Shown piece by piece: positions 24,630 through 32,000 of a stretch of 32,000 nt of DNA (within the stretch, counting starts at the first letter, position 1; every line of letters begins with the position of its first letter). A model generated the notes under the pieces. The model was not told where the DNA came from, did no database searches, and worked only from the letters and a program-made list of their open reading frames with translations. The DNA is taken from contig NC_000962.3 in NCBI RefSeq assembly GCF_000195955.2, positions 1,230,001-1,262,000 of the forward strand, in the 5' to 3' direction. The position numbers and the translations under genes were made by a program. The stretch is from Mycobacterium tuberculosis H37Rv (lineage in GTDB: Bacteria; Actinomycetota; Actinomycetes; Mycobacteriales; Mycobacteriaceae).

Positions 24630-26135
24630 ATGTTGATGCATGCGGTCCGGGCGTGGCGCAGCGCCGACGATTTCCCGTGCACCGAGCACATGGCCTACAA
24701 GATCGCCCAGGTGGCTGCCGATCCGGTTGACGTCGACCCGGAGGTAGCGGACATGGTGTGCAACCGCATCATCGACAACGCTGCGGTGAGCGCCGCATCA
24801 ATGGTGCGCAGACCGGTCACCGTGGCCCGCCACCAGGCACTGGCGCATCCGGTGCGACACGGGGCGAAGGTATTTGGCGTCGAGGGCAGCTACTCGGCGG
24901 ACTGGGCGGCCTGGGCCAACGGCGTCGCCGCGCGTGAACTTGACTTTCACGACACGTTTCTGGCCGCCGACTATTCGCACCCGGCGGACAACATACCCCC
25001 ACTGGTGGCGGTCGCCCAGCAGCTCGGCGTGTGCGGCGCGGAGCTGATCCGCGGTCTGGTAACCGCCTATGAGATCCACATCGACCTAACCCGCGGAATC
25101 TGCTTGCACGAGCACAAGATCGACCATGTCGCCCACCTGGGCCCGGCGGTGGCCGCCGGCATCGGGACCATGCTGCGGCTCGACCAAGAGACCATCTACC
25201 ACGCGATCGGCCAGGCCCTGCATCTGACCACCAGCACCCGTCAATCCCGCAAGGGCGCCATCTCCAGCTGGAAGGCGTTCGCGCCGGCGCATGCCGGCAA
25301 GGTCGGCATCGAGGCGGTCGATCGGGCGATGCGCGGCGAGGGCTCACCGGCTCCGATCTGGGAGGGCGAGGACGGGGTGATCGCCTGGCTGCTGGCCGGA
25401 CCCGAGCACACCTACCGGGTGCCGTTGCCCGCACCTGGTGAACCCAAGCGCGCCATTCTGGACAGCTACACCAAGCAACACTCCGCGGAGTACCAGAGCC
25501 AGGCGCCGATCGACCTGGCCTGCCGGCTACGTGAGCGTATCGGCGATCTCGACCAGATCGCGTCGATCGTGCTGCACACCAGCCACCACACCCATGTAGT
25601 GATCGGAACGGGATCCGGCGATCCGCAGAAGTTCGACCCGGACGCGTCACGCGAAACCCTCGACCACTCGCTGCCCTACATCTTCGCCGTGGCACTGCAG
25701 GACGGCTGCTGGCACCACGAGCGCTCCTACGCGCCCGAGCGGGCGCGCCGTTCCGACACGGTGGCACTGTGGCACAAGATTTCCACCGTCGAGGATCCCG
25801 AGTGGACCCGCCGCTATCACTGCGCCGATCCGGCCAAAAAGGCGTTCGGGGCGCGCGCGGAGGTGACGCTGCACAGCGGTGAAGTGATCGTGGACGAACT
25901 GGCGGTGGCCGACGCCCATCCGCTGGGCACCCGGCCGTTCGAGCGCAAGCAGTACGTAGAGAAGTTCACCGAGCTCGCCGATGGTGTAGTGGAACCCGTT
26001 GAACAGCAACGGTTCCTGGCCGTAGTAGAGAGTCTCGCCGATCTCGAGAGCGGTGCCGTGGGTGGGCTGAACGTGTTGGTCGATCCGCGGGTGCTGGACA
26101 AAGCGCCGGTGATTCCACCAGGAATCTTTCGATGA
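24630..26135 (+). CDS. prpD: 2-methylcitrate dehydratase
   Basis: MmgE/PrpD family throughout (…[24 protein letters not shown]…). The longest ORF (TTG 24546 or GTG 24555) begins inside the operator and uses rare codons (AAA GTA TTT TTC TTT TGT TGG TGT CCT). I therefore favour ATG 24630 or 24636, with 24618 also possible. Confidence 0.85.
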   Translation: MLMHAVRAWRSADDFPCTEHMAYKIAQVAADPVDVDPEVADMVCNRIIDNAAVSAASMVRRPVTVARHQALAHPVRHGAKVFGVEGSYSADWAAWANGVAARELDFHDTFLAADYSHPADNIPPLVAVAQQLGVCGAELIRGLVTAYEIHIDLTRGICLHEHKIDHVAHLGPAVAAGIGTMLRLDQETIYHAIGQALHLTTSTRQSRKGAISSWKAFAPAHAGKVGIEAVDRAMRGEGSPAPIWEGEDGVIAWLLAGPEHTYRVPLPAPGEPKRAILDSYTKQHSAEYQSQAPIDLACRLRERIGDLDQIASIVLHTSHHTHVVIGTGSGDPQKFDPDASRETLDHSLPYIFAVALQDGCWHHERSYAPERARRSDTVALWHKISTVEDPEWTRRYHCADPAKKAFGARAEVTLHSGEVIVDELAVADAHPLGTRPFERKQYVEKFTELADGVVEPVEQQRFLAVVESLADLESGAVGGLNVLVDPRVLDKAPVIPPGIFR

Positions 26136-27313
26136 CCGGGCCGCTCGCGGCGGCCAGGTCCGTCGCTGCCACGAAATCGATGACCGCGCCCACCGTTGAT
26201 GAGCGGCCCGACATCAAAAAGGGCCTCGCCGGCGTGGTGGTGGACACCACCGCCATCTCCAAGGTGGTGCCGCAGACCAATTCGTTGACCTACCGGGGAT
26301 ATCCGGTCCAGGATCTGGCAGCCCGCTGCAGTTTCGAGCAGGTCGCCTTCCTGCTGTGGCGTGGTGAGTTGCCCACCGATGCCGAGCTGGCGTTGTTCAG
26401 CCAGCGCGAACGAGCCAGCCGTCGGGTGGACCGCTCGATGCTGTCATTGCTGGCCAAGCTGCCGGACAACTGCCACCCGATGGACGTGGTGCGCACCGCG
26501 ATCAGCTATCTCGGTGCCGAGGACCCGGACGAGGACGACGCCGCGGCCAACCGGGCCAAGGCGATGCGCATGATGGCGGTGTTGCCGACGATCGTGGCGA
26601 TCGACATGCGGCGCCGACGCGGGTTGCCCCCGATCGCACCGCACAGCGGGCTCGGTTATGCGCAGAACTTCCTGCACATGTGCTTCGGGGAGGTACCCGA
26701 AACCGCCGTCGTGTCGGCGTTCGAGCAGTCGATGATCCTCTACGCCGAGCACGGATTCAACGCGTCGACGTTCGCCGCCCGGGTGGTGACCTCGACCCAA
26801 TCCGACATCTACAGCGCGGTGACCGGCGCGATCGGCGCCCTCAAGGGGCGGCTACACGGCGGCGCCAACGAAGCCGTCATGCACGACATGATCGAGATCG
26901 GCGATCCGGCCAACGCGCGGGAGTGGTTGCGCGCCAAGCTCGCCCGCAAGGAAAAGATCATGGGCTTCGGGCATCGGGTGTACCGGCACGGCGACTCCCG
27001 GGTGCCGACCATGAAACGGGCGCTGGAGCGCGTGGGGACCGTTCGCGACGGCCAGCGATGGCTGGACATCTACCAGGTGTTAGCGGCCGAGATGGCGTCG
27101 GCCACCGGGATCTTGCCCAACCTCGATTTTCCGACCGGGCCCGCGTACTACCTGATGGGATTCGACATCGCCAGCTTCACCCCGATCTTCGTGATGAGTA
27201 GGATCACCGGCTGGACCGCACACATCATGGAACAGGCCACGGCCAACGCGCTGATCCGGCCGCTGAGCGCATATTGCGGGCACGAGCAGCGGGTGTTACC
27301 GGGCACCTTCTAG
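26132..27313 (+). CDS. prpC: 2-methylcitrate synthase (citrate synthase family)
   Basis: 393 aa with [14 protein letters not shown] and the other citrate synthase signatures. ATGA overlap with prpD. Confidence 0.92.
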   Translation: MTGPLAAARSVAATKSMTAPTVDERPDIKKGLAGVVVDTTAISKVVPQTNSLTYRGYPVQDLAARCSFEQVAFLLWRGELPTDAELALFSQRERASRRVDRSMLSLLAKLPDNCHPMDVVRTAISYLGAEDPDEDDAAANRAKAMRMMAVLPTIVAIDMRRRRGLPPIAPHSGLGYAQNFLHMCFGEVPETAVVSAFEQSMILYAEHGFNASTFAARVVTSTQSDIYSAVTGAIGALKGRLHGGANEAVMHDMIEIGDPANAREWLRAKLARKEKIMGFGHRVYRHGDSRVPTMKRALERVGTVRDGQRWLDIYQVLAAEMASATGILPNLDFPTGPAYYLMGFDIASFTPIFVMSRITGWTAHIMEQATANALIRPLSAYCGHEQRVLPGTF

Positions 27314-27324
27314 TCTTATGGGCC

Positions 27325-29055
27325 ATGGGATTTCTCCAGCCCCGACTTCCCGACATCGACCTGGCCGAATGGAGCCAGGGCTCCCGCAGCCAGAAGATCC
27401 GGCCGATGGCCCAGCATTGGGCCGAGGTGGGTTTTGGCACTCCGGTGCTGCTGCACCTGTTTTACGTCGCCAAGATCCTGTTGTACGTCCTTGTCGGCTG
27501 GCTGATCGTGTTGACCACCAAGGGGATTGATGGATTCACCGATGCGGCAGCGTGGTACGCCGAGCCGATCGTGTTCGAGAAGGTCGTGCTCTACACCATG
27601 CTGTTCGAGGTGATAGGGCTGGGCTGCGGCTTTGGGCCGCTGAACAACCGATTCTTCCCGCCGATGGGCTCGATCCTGTACTGGATGAGGTTCGGCACCA
27701 TCCGGCTGCCGCCGTGGCCGGATCGAGTGCCGTGGACCCGCGGCACCAAGCGCAAGCCGGTGGACGTTGCCCTCTACGCACTGCTGGTGATGATGTTGCT
27801 GTCGGCGCTGTTCACCGATGGCGCCGGCCCCATACCGGAGCTGGGCACCACGGTCGGGCTGCTGCCCGCCTGGCAGATCGTGCTGATCCTGCTGCTTCTC
27901 GGTGTGCTGGGCCTGCGCGACAAGGTGATCTTCCTGGCCGCCCGCGGCGAGGTCTACGCGACGCTGACGGTGACGTTTTTGTTCGGCCGCTTGAACGGTA
28001 TAGACATGATCGTGGCCGCCAAACTGGTGTTCCTGGTGATCTGGATCGGTGCGGCGACATCGAAACTCAACCGGCACTTCCCTTTTGTGATCTCCACGAT
28101 GATGTCCAACAACCCGCTGTTTCGGCCGCGGTTCATCAAGCGGATGTTTTTCAAGAAGTTCCCCGGCGACCTGCGGCCCGGGCTGTTGTCGCGGATTGTC
28201 GCCCACGTCAGCACTGTTATCGAGATGTGTGTGCCCGTGGTGTTGTTCGTTGCGCACGGCGGCTGGCCGACGGTGGTGGCCGCGACGATCATGGTCTGCT
28301 TTCACCTGGGGATTCTGACGGCCATCCCGATGGGGGTGCCGCTGGAGTGGAACGTGTTCATGATCTTCGGCGTCCTGTCGCTGTTCGTCGGCCACGCCTG
28401 CCTCGGGTTAGCGGACGTGAAAAACCCGGTGCCGCTGGCGATCCTGATCGCCGTTGTCGCGGGAATCGTCATTGCGGGCAACGTGTTTCCCCGCAAGATC
28501 TCGTTTCTAGCCGCCATGCGCTATTACGCCGGCAACTGGGATACCACGCTGTGGTGCATCAAGCCCTCCGCGGAGGACAAGATCAACCGGGGCATCGTCG
28601 CGATCGCCAGCATGCCGGCCGCTCAGCTGGAGCGCTTCTACGGCAAGGACCGAGCCCAGATCCCGATGTATCTGGGATACGCGTTTCGTGCGATGAACTC
28701 CCATGGCAGGGCGCTATTTACGCTGGCGCATCGGGCGATGGCCGGCCATGACGAAGACGACTACGTCATCACCGACGGCGAACGGGTCTGCAGCACTGCC
28801 GTCGGCTGGAACTTCGGCGACGGCCACCTGCACAACGAGCAACTGATCGCGGCGATGCAACAGCGGTGCGGCTTCCAACCCGGTGAGGTGCGGGTGGTGC
28901 TGCTCGACGCGCAGCCCATCCATCGGCAAACCCAGGAGTACCGGTTGGTAGACGCGGCGACCGGGGAGTTCGAGCGCGGCTATGTCCGGGTGGCCGACAT
29001 GGTGAACCGGCAGCCCTGGGACGACGACGTGCCGGTCCACGTGCTGCCGGGCTAG
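27325..29055 (+). CDS. Polytopic membrane protein (DUF3556-type) with a C-terminal soluble domain
   Basis: From ATG 27325 (MGFLQPRLPDIDLAEW...) there are many hydrophobic helices to about 28480, then about 190 aa of soluble sequence. It starts 11 nt after the prpC stop. Confidence 0.85.
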   Translation: MGFLQPRLPDIDLAEWSQGSRSQKIRPMAQHWAEVGFGTPVLLHLFYVAKILLYVLVGWLIVLTTKGIDGFTDAAAWYAEPIVFEKVVLYTMLFEVIGLGCGFGPLNNRFFPPMGSILYWMRFGTIRLPPWPDRVPWTRGTKRKPVDVALYALLVMMLLSALFTDGAGPIPELGTTVGLLPAWQIVLILLLLGVLGLRDKVIFLAARGEVYATLTVTFLFGRLNGIDMIVAAKLVFLVIWIGAATSKLNRHFPFVISTMMSNNPLFRPRFIKRMFFKKFPGDLRPGLLSRIVAHVSTVIEMCVPVVLFVAHGGWPTVVAATIMVCFHLGILTAIPMGVPLEWNVFMIFGVLSLFVGHACLGLADVKNPVPLAILIAVVAGIVIAGNVFPRKISFLAAMRYYAGNWDTTLWCIKPSAEDKINRGIVAIASMPAAQLERFYGKDRAQIPMYLGYAFRAMNSHGRALFTLAHRAMAGHDEDDYVITDGERVCSTAVGWNFGDGHLHNEQLIAAMQQRCGFQPGEVRVVLLDAQPIHRQTQEYRLVDAATGEFERGYVRVADMVNRQPWDDDVPVHVLPG

Positions 29056-29074
29056 CTGCTCGTCAGCTAGCCCG
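29048..29074. terminator. Perfect 11-bp-stem hairpin spanning both stop codons of convergent genes (bidirectional terminator candidate, no U-tract)
   Basis: CGGGCTAGCTG (29048-29058) / loop CTCGT / CAGCTAGCCCG (29064-29074). The TAG of the + gene (29053-55) and the TAG of metE (29069-67) each lie inside an arm. Confidence 0.6.
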
Positions 29075-31346
29075 CGCGCACCTCCCGGGCGGCGGCGACC
29101 ATGTTGTGCAGCGACGCGGTCACCTCGTCGACATTGCGGGTCTTCAGTCCGCAGTCGGGGTTGACCCACAGCCGCTCGGCCGGCACCGCGCGCAACGCGG
29201 CCCGCAACGAGTCGGCCATCTCCTCAGCGGAGGGCACCCGTGGCGAGTGAATGTCATAGACGCCCGGGCCCACACCGTTGGCGAAGCCGATCGCGTTCAG
29301 GTCGTCGAGCACCTCCATGTGTGACCGGGCCGCCTCGATGGACGTGACGTCCGCGTCCAGATCGGCGATCGCGCCGATCACCTCGCCGAACTCCGAGTAG
29401 CACAGATGCGTGTGGATCTGGGTGGCGTCCGAGACGCCGGAGGTGGCCAACCGGAAAGCCCCTACCGCCCAACGCAAGTACTCGGCCTGGTCGGCGCGAC
29501 GCAGCGGCAGCAGTTCACGCAGCGCAGGCTCGTCGACCTGGATGACCGCGATGCCGGCGGACTGCAAATCCACGGTCTCGTCGCGAATCGCCAGCGCCAC
29601 CTGGTTGGCGGTATCGGCCAACGGCTGGTCGTCACGCACGAACGACCACGCCAGAATCGTCACCGGCCCGGTCAACATGCCCTTCACCGGTTTGTCGGTC
29701 AGCGACTGCGCGTAGGTGATCCACTCGACCGTCATCGCCCGCGGCCGGGACACGTCGCCGTACAGGATCGGCGGACGCACACAGCGGCTGCCGTAGGACT
29801 GCACCCAGCCGTTCTGGGTAGCGAAGAAACCCGCCAATTGCTCGGCGAAGTACTGCACCATGTCGTTGCGCTCCGGTTCGCCGTGCACCAGCACGTCGAG
29901 CCCGAGCCGCTCCTGTAGCGCGATCACCTCGGTGATCTCTTGCCGCATCCGGCGCACGTACTCGGCCTCGTCGATCTCACCGGCCCGCAGCGCCGCACGC
30001 GCAACGCGGATCGCCGAGGTCTGCGGGTAGGAGCCGATCGTCGTGGTCGGCAGCGGCGGCAGGTGCAGTCGCGCGTCTTGGCTGGCGCGGCGCTGGGCGG
30101 CATTGCCGCGGTGGGCTCCGGACGCGACGATCGCCTCGATGCGCGCCCGGATTTGCCCATTGTGTAACCGCGGGTCGCGCTTGCGGGACGCGATGGCGGC
30201 GCGGGACGACGCGATCTCGTCGGCGACCGCGTCGTGTCCGTCGCGCAGGGCACGCGCGAGAACGACGACTTCGCGCACCTTTTCGGCACCGAACGCCAGC
30301 CAGCTCCGCAACGCGTCATCCAGGTCGGTTTCCGGTTCCAGCGAGTACGGCACGTGCAGTGTCGAGCACGACGTCGAGACGGCCACGGTAGCCGCCGAAC
30401 CCAGCAGGGTCGCCAACGTGCCCAACGCCGCCTCCAGGTCGGTGCGCCAGACGTTGCGCCCGTCGACGACCCCGGCCACCAGCGTCTTGCCGGCCAGCTC
30501 GGGTACCCCGGCCACCGAGGTGTCGGCACCGGCCACCAGGTCGACGCCGATGGCTTCGACCGGGGTGCGAGCCAGCGCCGGTAGGGCCGCGCCCGGGTCC
30601 CCGAAGTAGGTGGCGACATAGATCGCAGGCCGGTTGCTCACCGAGCACAGCGCGGTGTACACCGCTTCAGCCAGGGCGGGCGCGTCGGGGGAGAGGTCGG
30701 TCACCAGCGCCGGCTCGTCGAACTGCACCCACTGGGCGCCGCCGTCGGCAAGCAGCGACAGCAGCTCCGAATAGACCGGAACCAACTCTTCGAGGCGTTC
30801 GATCGGCGCCCCCGCGCCGTCGACGGCCTTGCTCAGCAGCAGGAAGGTGATCGGCCCGATGATCACCGGACGTGCGGGAATGCCTTGCCCTAACGCCTCT
30901 TTGAGTTCGGCGAGCACCTTGCCGGGGTGCAGCGTGAACGTGGTCGACGGCCCGATCTCGGGTACCAGGTAGTGGTAGTTGGTGTCGAACCACTTCGTCA
31001 TCTCCAGCGGCGCGATCTGGTCGGTGCCCCGCGCCGCGGCGAAATAGCGGTCCAGCCCGTCGGAAACCGGGCTCACTCGGGGCGGCAGCGCGCCGAGCAG
31101 CACCGCGGTATCGAGCATTTGGTCGTAGTAGGAGAAGGTGTTCACCGGCACCGAGTCCAGACCGGCCGCGGCCAGGGCCGACCAGGTGTCGCGGCGTAAC
31201 GTGGCGGCGACGGCCTCCAGCTCGGATCGGCTGGTACGTCCGGCCCAGTAGCCTTCGGTGGCGCGCTTGAGTTCGCGGCGCGGGCCGATGCGCGGGGAGC
31301 CGGTGATGGTTGCGGTAAAGGGTTGACGACGTACAGGCTGGGTCAC
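29067..31346 (-). CDS. metE: Cobalamin-independent methionine synthase
   Basis: From GTG 31346 ([27 protein letters not shown]...), 759 aa, with Zn-ligand motifs [10 protein letters not shown] and [11 protein letters not shown] and RBS GAAGGA upstream. The track ORF to 31451 is an in-frame leader extension. Confidence 0.93.
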   Translation of the reverse strand: MTQPVRRQPFTATITGSPRIGPRRELKRATEGYWAGRTSRSELEAVAATLRRDTWSALAAAGLDSVPVNTFSYYDQMLDTAVLLGALPPRVSPVSDGLDRYFAAARGTDQIAPLEMTKWFDTNYHYLVPEIGPSTTFTLHPGKVLAELKEALGQGIPARPVIIGPITFLLLSKAVDGAGAPIERLEELVPVYSELLSLLADGGAQWVQFDEPALVTDLSPDAPALAEAVYTALCSVSNRPAIYVATYFGDPGAALPALARTPVEAIGVDLVAGADTSVAGVPELAGKTLVAGVVDGRNVWRTDLEAALGTLATLLGSAATVAVSTSCSTLHVPYSLEPETDLDDALRSWLAFGAEKVREVVVLARALRDGHDAVADEIASSRAAIASRKRDPRLHNGQIRARIEAIVASGAHRGNAAQRRASQDARLHLPPLPTTTIGSYPQTSAIRVARAALRAGEIDEAEYVRRMRQEITEVIALQERLGLDVLVHGEPERNDMVQYFAEQLAGFFATQNGWVQSYGSRCVRPPILYGDVSRPRAMTVEWITYAQSLTDKPVKGMLTGPVTILAWSFVRDDQPLADTANQVALAIRDETVDLQSAGIAVIQVDEPALRELLPLRRADQAEYLRWAVGAFRLATSGVSDATQIHTHLCYSEFGEVIGAIADLDADVTSIEAARSHMEVLDDLNAIGFANGVGPGVYDIHSPRVPSAEEMADSLRAALRAVPAERLWVNPDCGLKTRNVDEVTASLHNMVAAAREVRAG

Positions 31347-31484
31347 GTGCTGTCCTTCGATCGACGGGTGGTTCACCGCCCGCGGACGCGCAGCCGATCC
31401 GATTGAGGTGCACACCGATGCACCCGGCAACAGGCACGGCCAAACGCCCATTCCACGAGGCGATGAGCCGCCGGGCGCGGCGCG

Positions 31485-31665
31485 TCCGGCACGGCTGGCA
31501 GGTCTTCGGACTCGCAGGCTCGCACCCGGTGGGTGCTCCTACTGGCCGTCGCTTCCCAGTCGTTGAGACCAGTGCTTGTCTACTTCCAAGACGGCGGTCG
31601 TTCCTGCATACCGCTGCGGGACAGTCCCGGATTCTCACCAGGTTCCCTCTCGCGAAGCATCGTTG
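31485..31665 (-). promoter_or_regulatory. Cobalamin (B12) riboswitch aptamer in the metE leader
   Basis: The minus strand reads AGAGGGAACCTGGTGAGAATCCGGGACTGTCCCGCAGCGGTATGCAGGAA...CACTGGTCTCAACGACTGGGAAGCGACGGCCAGTAGGAGCACCCACCGGGTGCGAGCCTGCGAGTCCGAAGACCTGCCAGCC. This includes the conserved GGGAA/GGTG..AATCC/CTGTCCCGCA core and the B12 box AGTCCGAAGACCTGCC (31511-31496). The outer boundaries are approximate. Confidence 0.9.
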
Positions 31666-31921
31666 CCCCGCTCGATGCCGACGCCCTTTCGGACGCCAGC
31701 AGACCAGCTGCGTGGTCAAGGCTACTCCGGTGACATCGGCCGGCATGGCCCGGCCGGCGGCAAAATCGCTCGGCGCCGGATGTCCTCATCGGGCCCGCCG
31801 CGATCGTCATGTGGGTGAGATTCGGGATAGGCCCGGACCATGATGGGTCAACAGGCCGCAATACGCCGCACTCACCTGCACCAGAGACGTCGACTGGTCG
31901 GCCCCCGAGCAGGCCGCTGAC

Positions 31922-32000
31922 ATGGCCGCCTACCAGAAGTTCGGGCAGGAGCACGCCGCCGCGATCCGTGGCGGCGCCGTGCTGCACCCGACGGCCACCG
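31922..32000 (+). CDS. YCII-like hypothetical protein, 5' part (runs off the right edge); possibly a truncated or frameshifted gene
   Basis: From ATG 31922 it reads MAAYQKFGQEHAAAIRGGAVLHPTAT..., which resembles the central region of YCII-domain proteins. YCII-like sequence continues upstream in the same frame without a start codon (see findings). Confidence 0.4.
   Translation, partial: MAAYQKFGQEHAAAIRGGAVLHPTAT

Noticed and set aside
24817-25767. 316-aa ORF antisense to prpD
   Set aside because: It is Arg/Pro/Ala-rich shadow ORF sequence with no recognisable domain.
27316-28751. 359-aa minus-strand ORF and 399-aa alternative + frame ORF overlapping the membrane gene
   Set aside because: Both are Arg/His/Pro/Gly-rich and lack hydrophobic periodicity. 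The 27325-29055 frame gives coherent TM helices along its length.
30667-31746. 359-aa minus-strand ORF spanning the metE 5' region and the riboswitch
   Set aside because: It is off-frame relative to metE, runs through the structured riboswitch, and has Arg/Gly/Pro/Ala-rich nonsense composition.
1-32000. Search for tRNA/rRNA genes, CRISPR arrays, IS elements with terminal inverted repeats, integrases and tandem (MIRU/VNTR-like) repeats
   Set aside because: I found no cloverleaf-like or rRNA-like segments, no regularly spaced direct repeats, no transposase or integrase ORF, and no obvious tandem repeat by eye. The only repeat-family element recognised is REP13E12. A computational repeat scan would be needed to exclude short VNTRs.

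Overview
The window is high-GC (about 65%) actinobacterial chromosome. Gene content and order match my recollection of the Mycobacterium tuberculosis complex region Rv1101c to Rv1134 (H37Rv, about 1.230-1.262 Mb). That assignment comes from memory, not from a search.

Most of the window is core metabolism and housekeeping:
- Left third: the 3' gene of an AI-2E membrane transporter, mazEF3, a triple-frameshifted type-B carboxylesterase pseudogene, and a tightly packed minus-strand block (Rv1109c-like, xseA, xseB, 3-beta-hydroxysteroid dehydrogenase). These are followed by ispH/lytB2, a membrane protein with an Arg/Pro-rich tail, ychF and vapBC32.
- Centre: zwf1-gnd2, two divergent alpha/beta hydrolases (bpoB, ephC), a WS/DGAT-like protein, and a C-terminally truncated PPDK-like gene translationally coupled to a small winged-helix protein.
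- Right third: a REP13E12/HNH element, the prpR / prpD-prpC methylcitrate locus followed by a DUF3556-type membrane protein, and metE with a clearly readable cobalamin riboswitch. A YCII-like fragment sits at the right edge.

An accessory, decayed patch lies at about 9.99-13.7 kb. It holds AT-rich DNA flanking an exported NlpC/P60-like protein, a frameshifted PE-type remnant, an ABM-domain protein, a permuted-papain-like protein, a possible unannotated small membrane ORF, and a class III adenylyl cyclase pseudogene broken by one frameshift.

I saw no tRNA, rRNA, CRISPR array or intact IS element. The candidates I consider most worth follow-up are:
- the PPDK-like ATP-grasp/phosphohistidine protein that lacks a substrate domain and is coupled to a wHTH partner;
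- the membrane gene placed 11 nt after prpC;
- the small ORF overlapping the annotated 5' end of the Rv1118c-like gene;
- the NlpC/P60-like gene in its AT-rich islet.

Many long ORFs in the supplied track are GC-driven shadow ORFs and were rejected.
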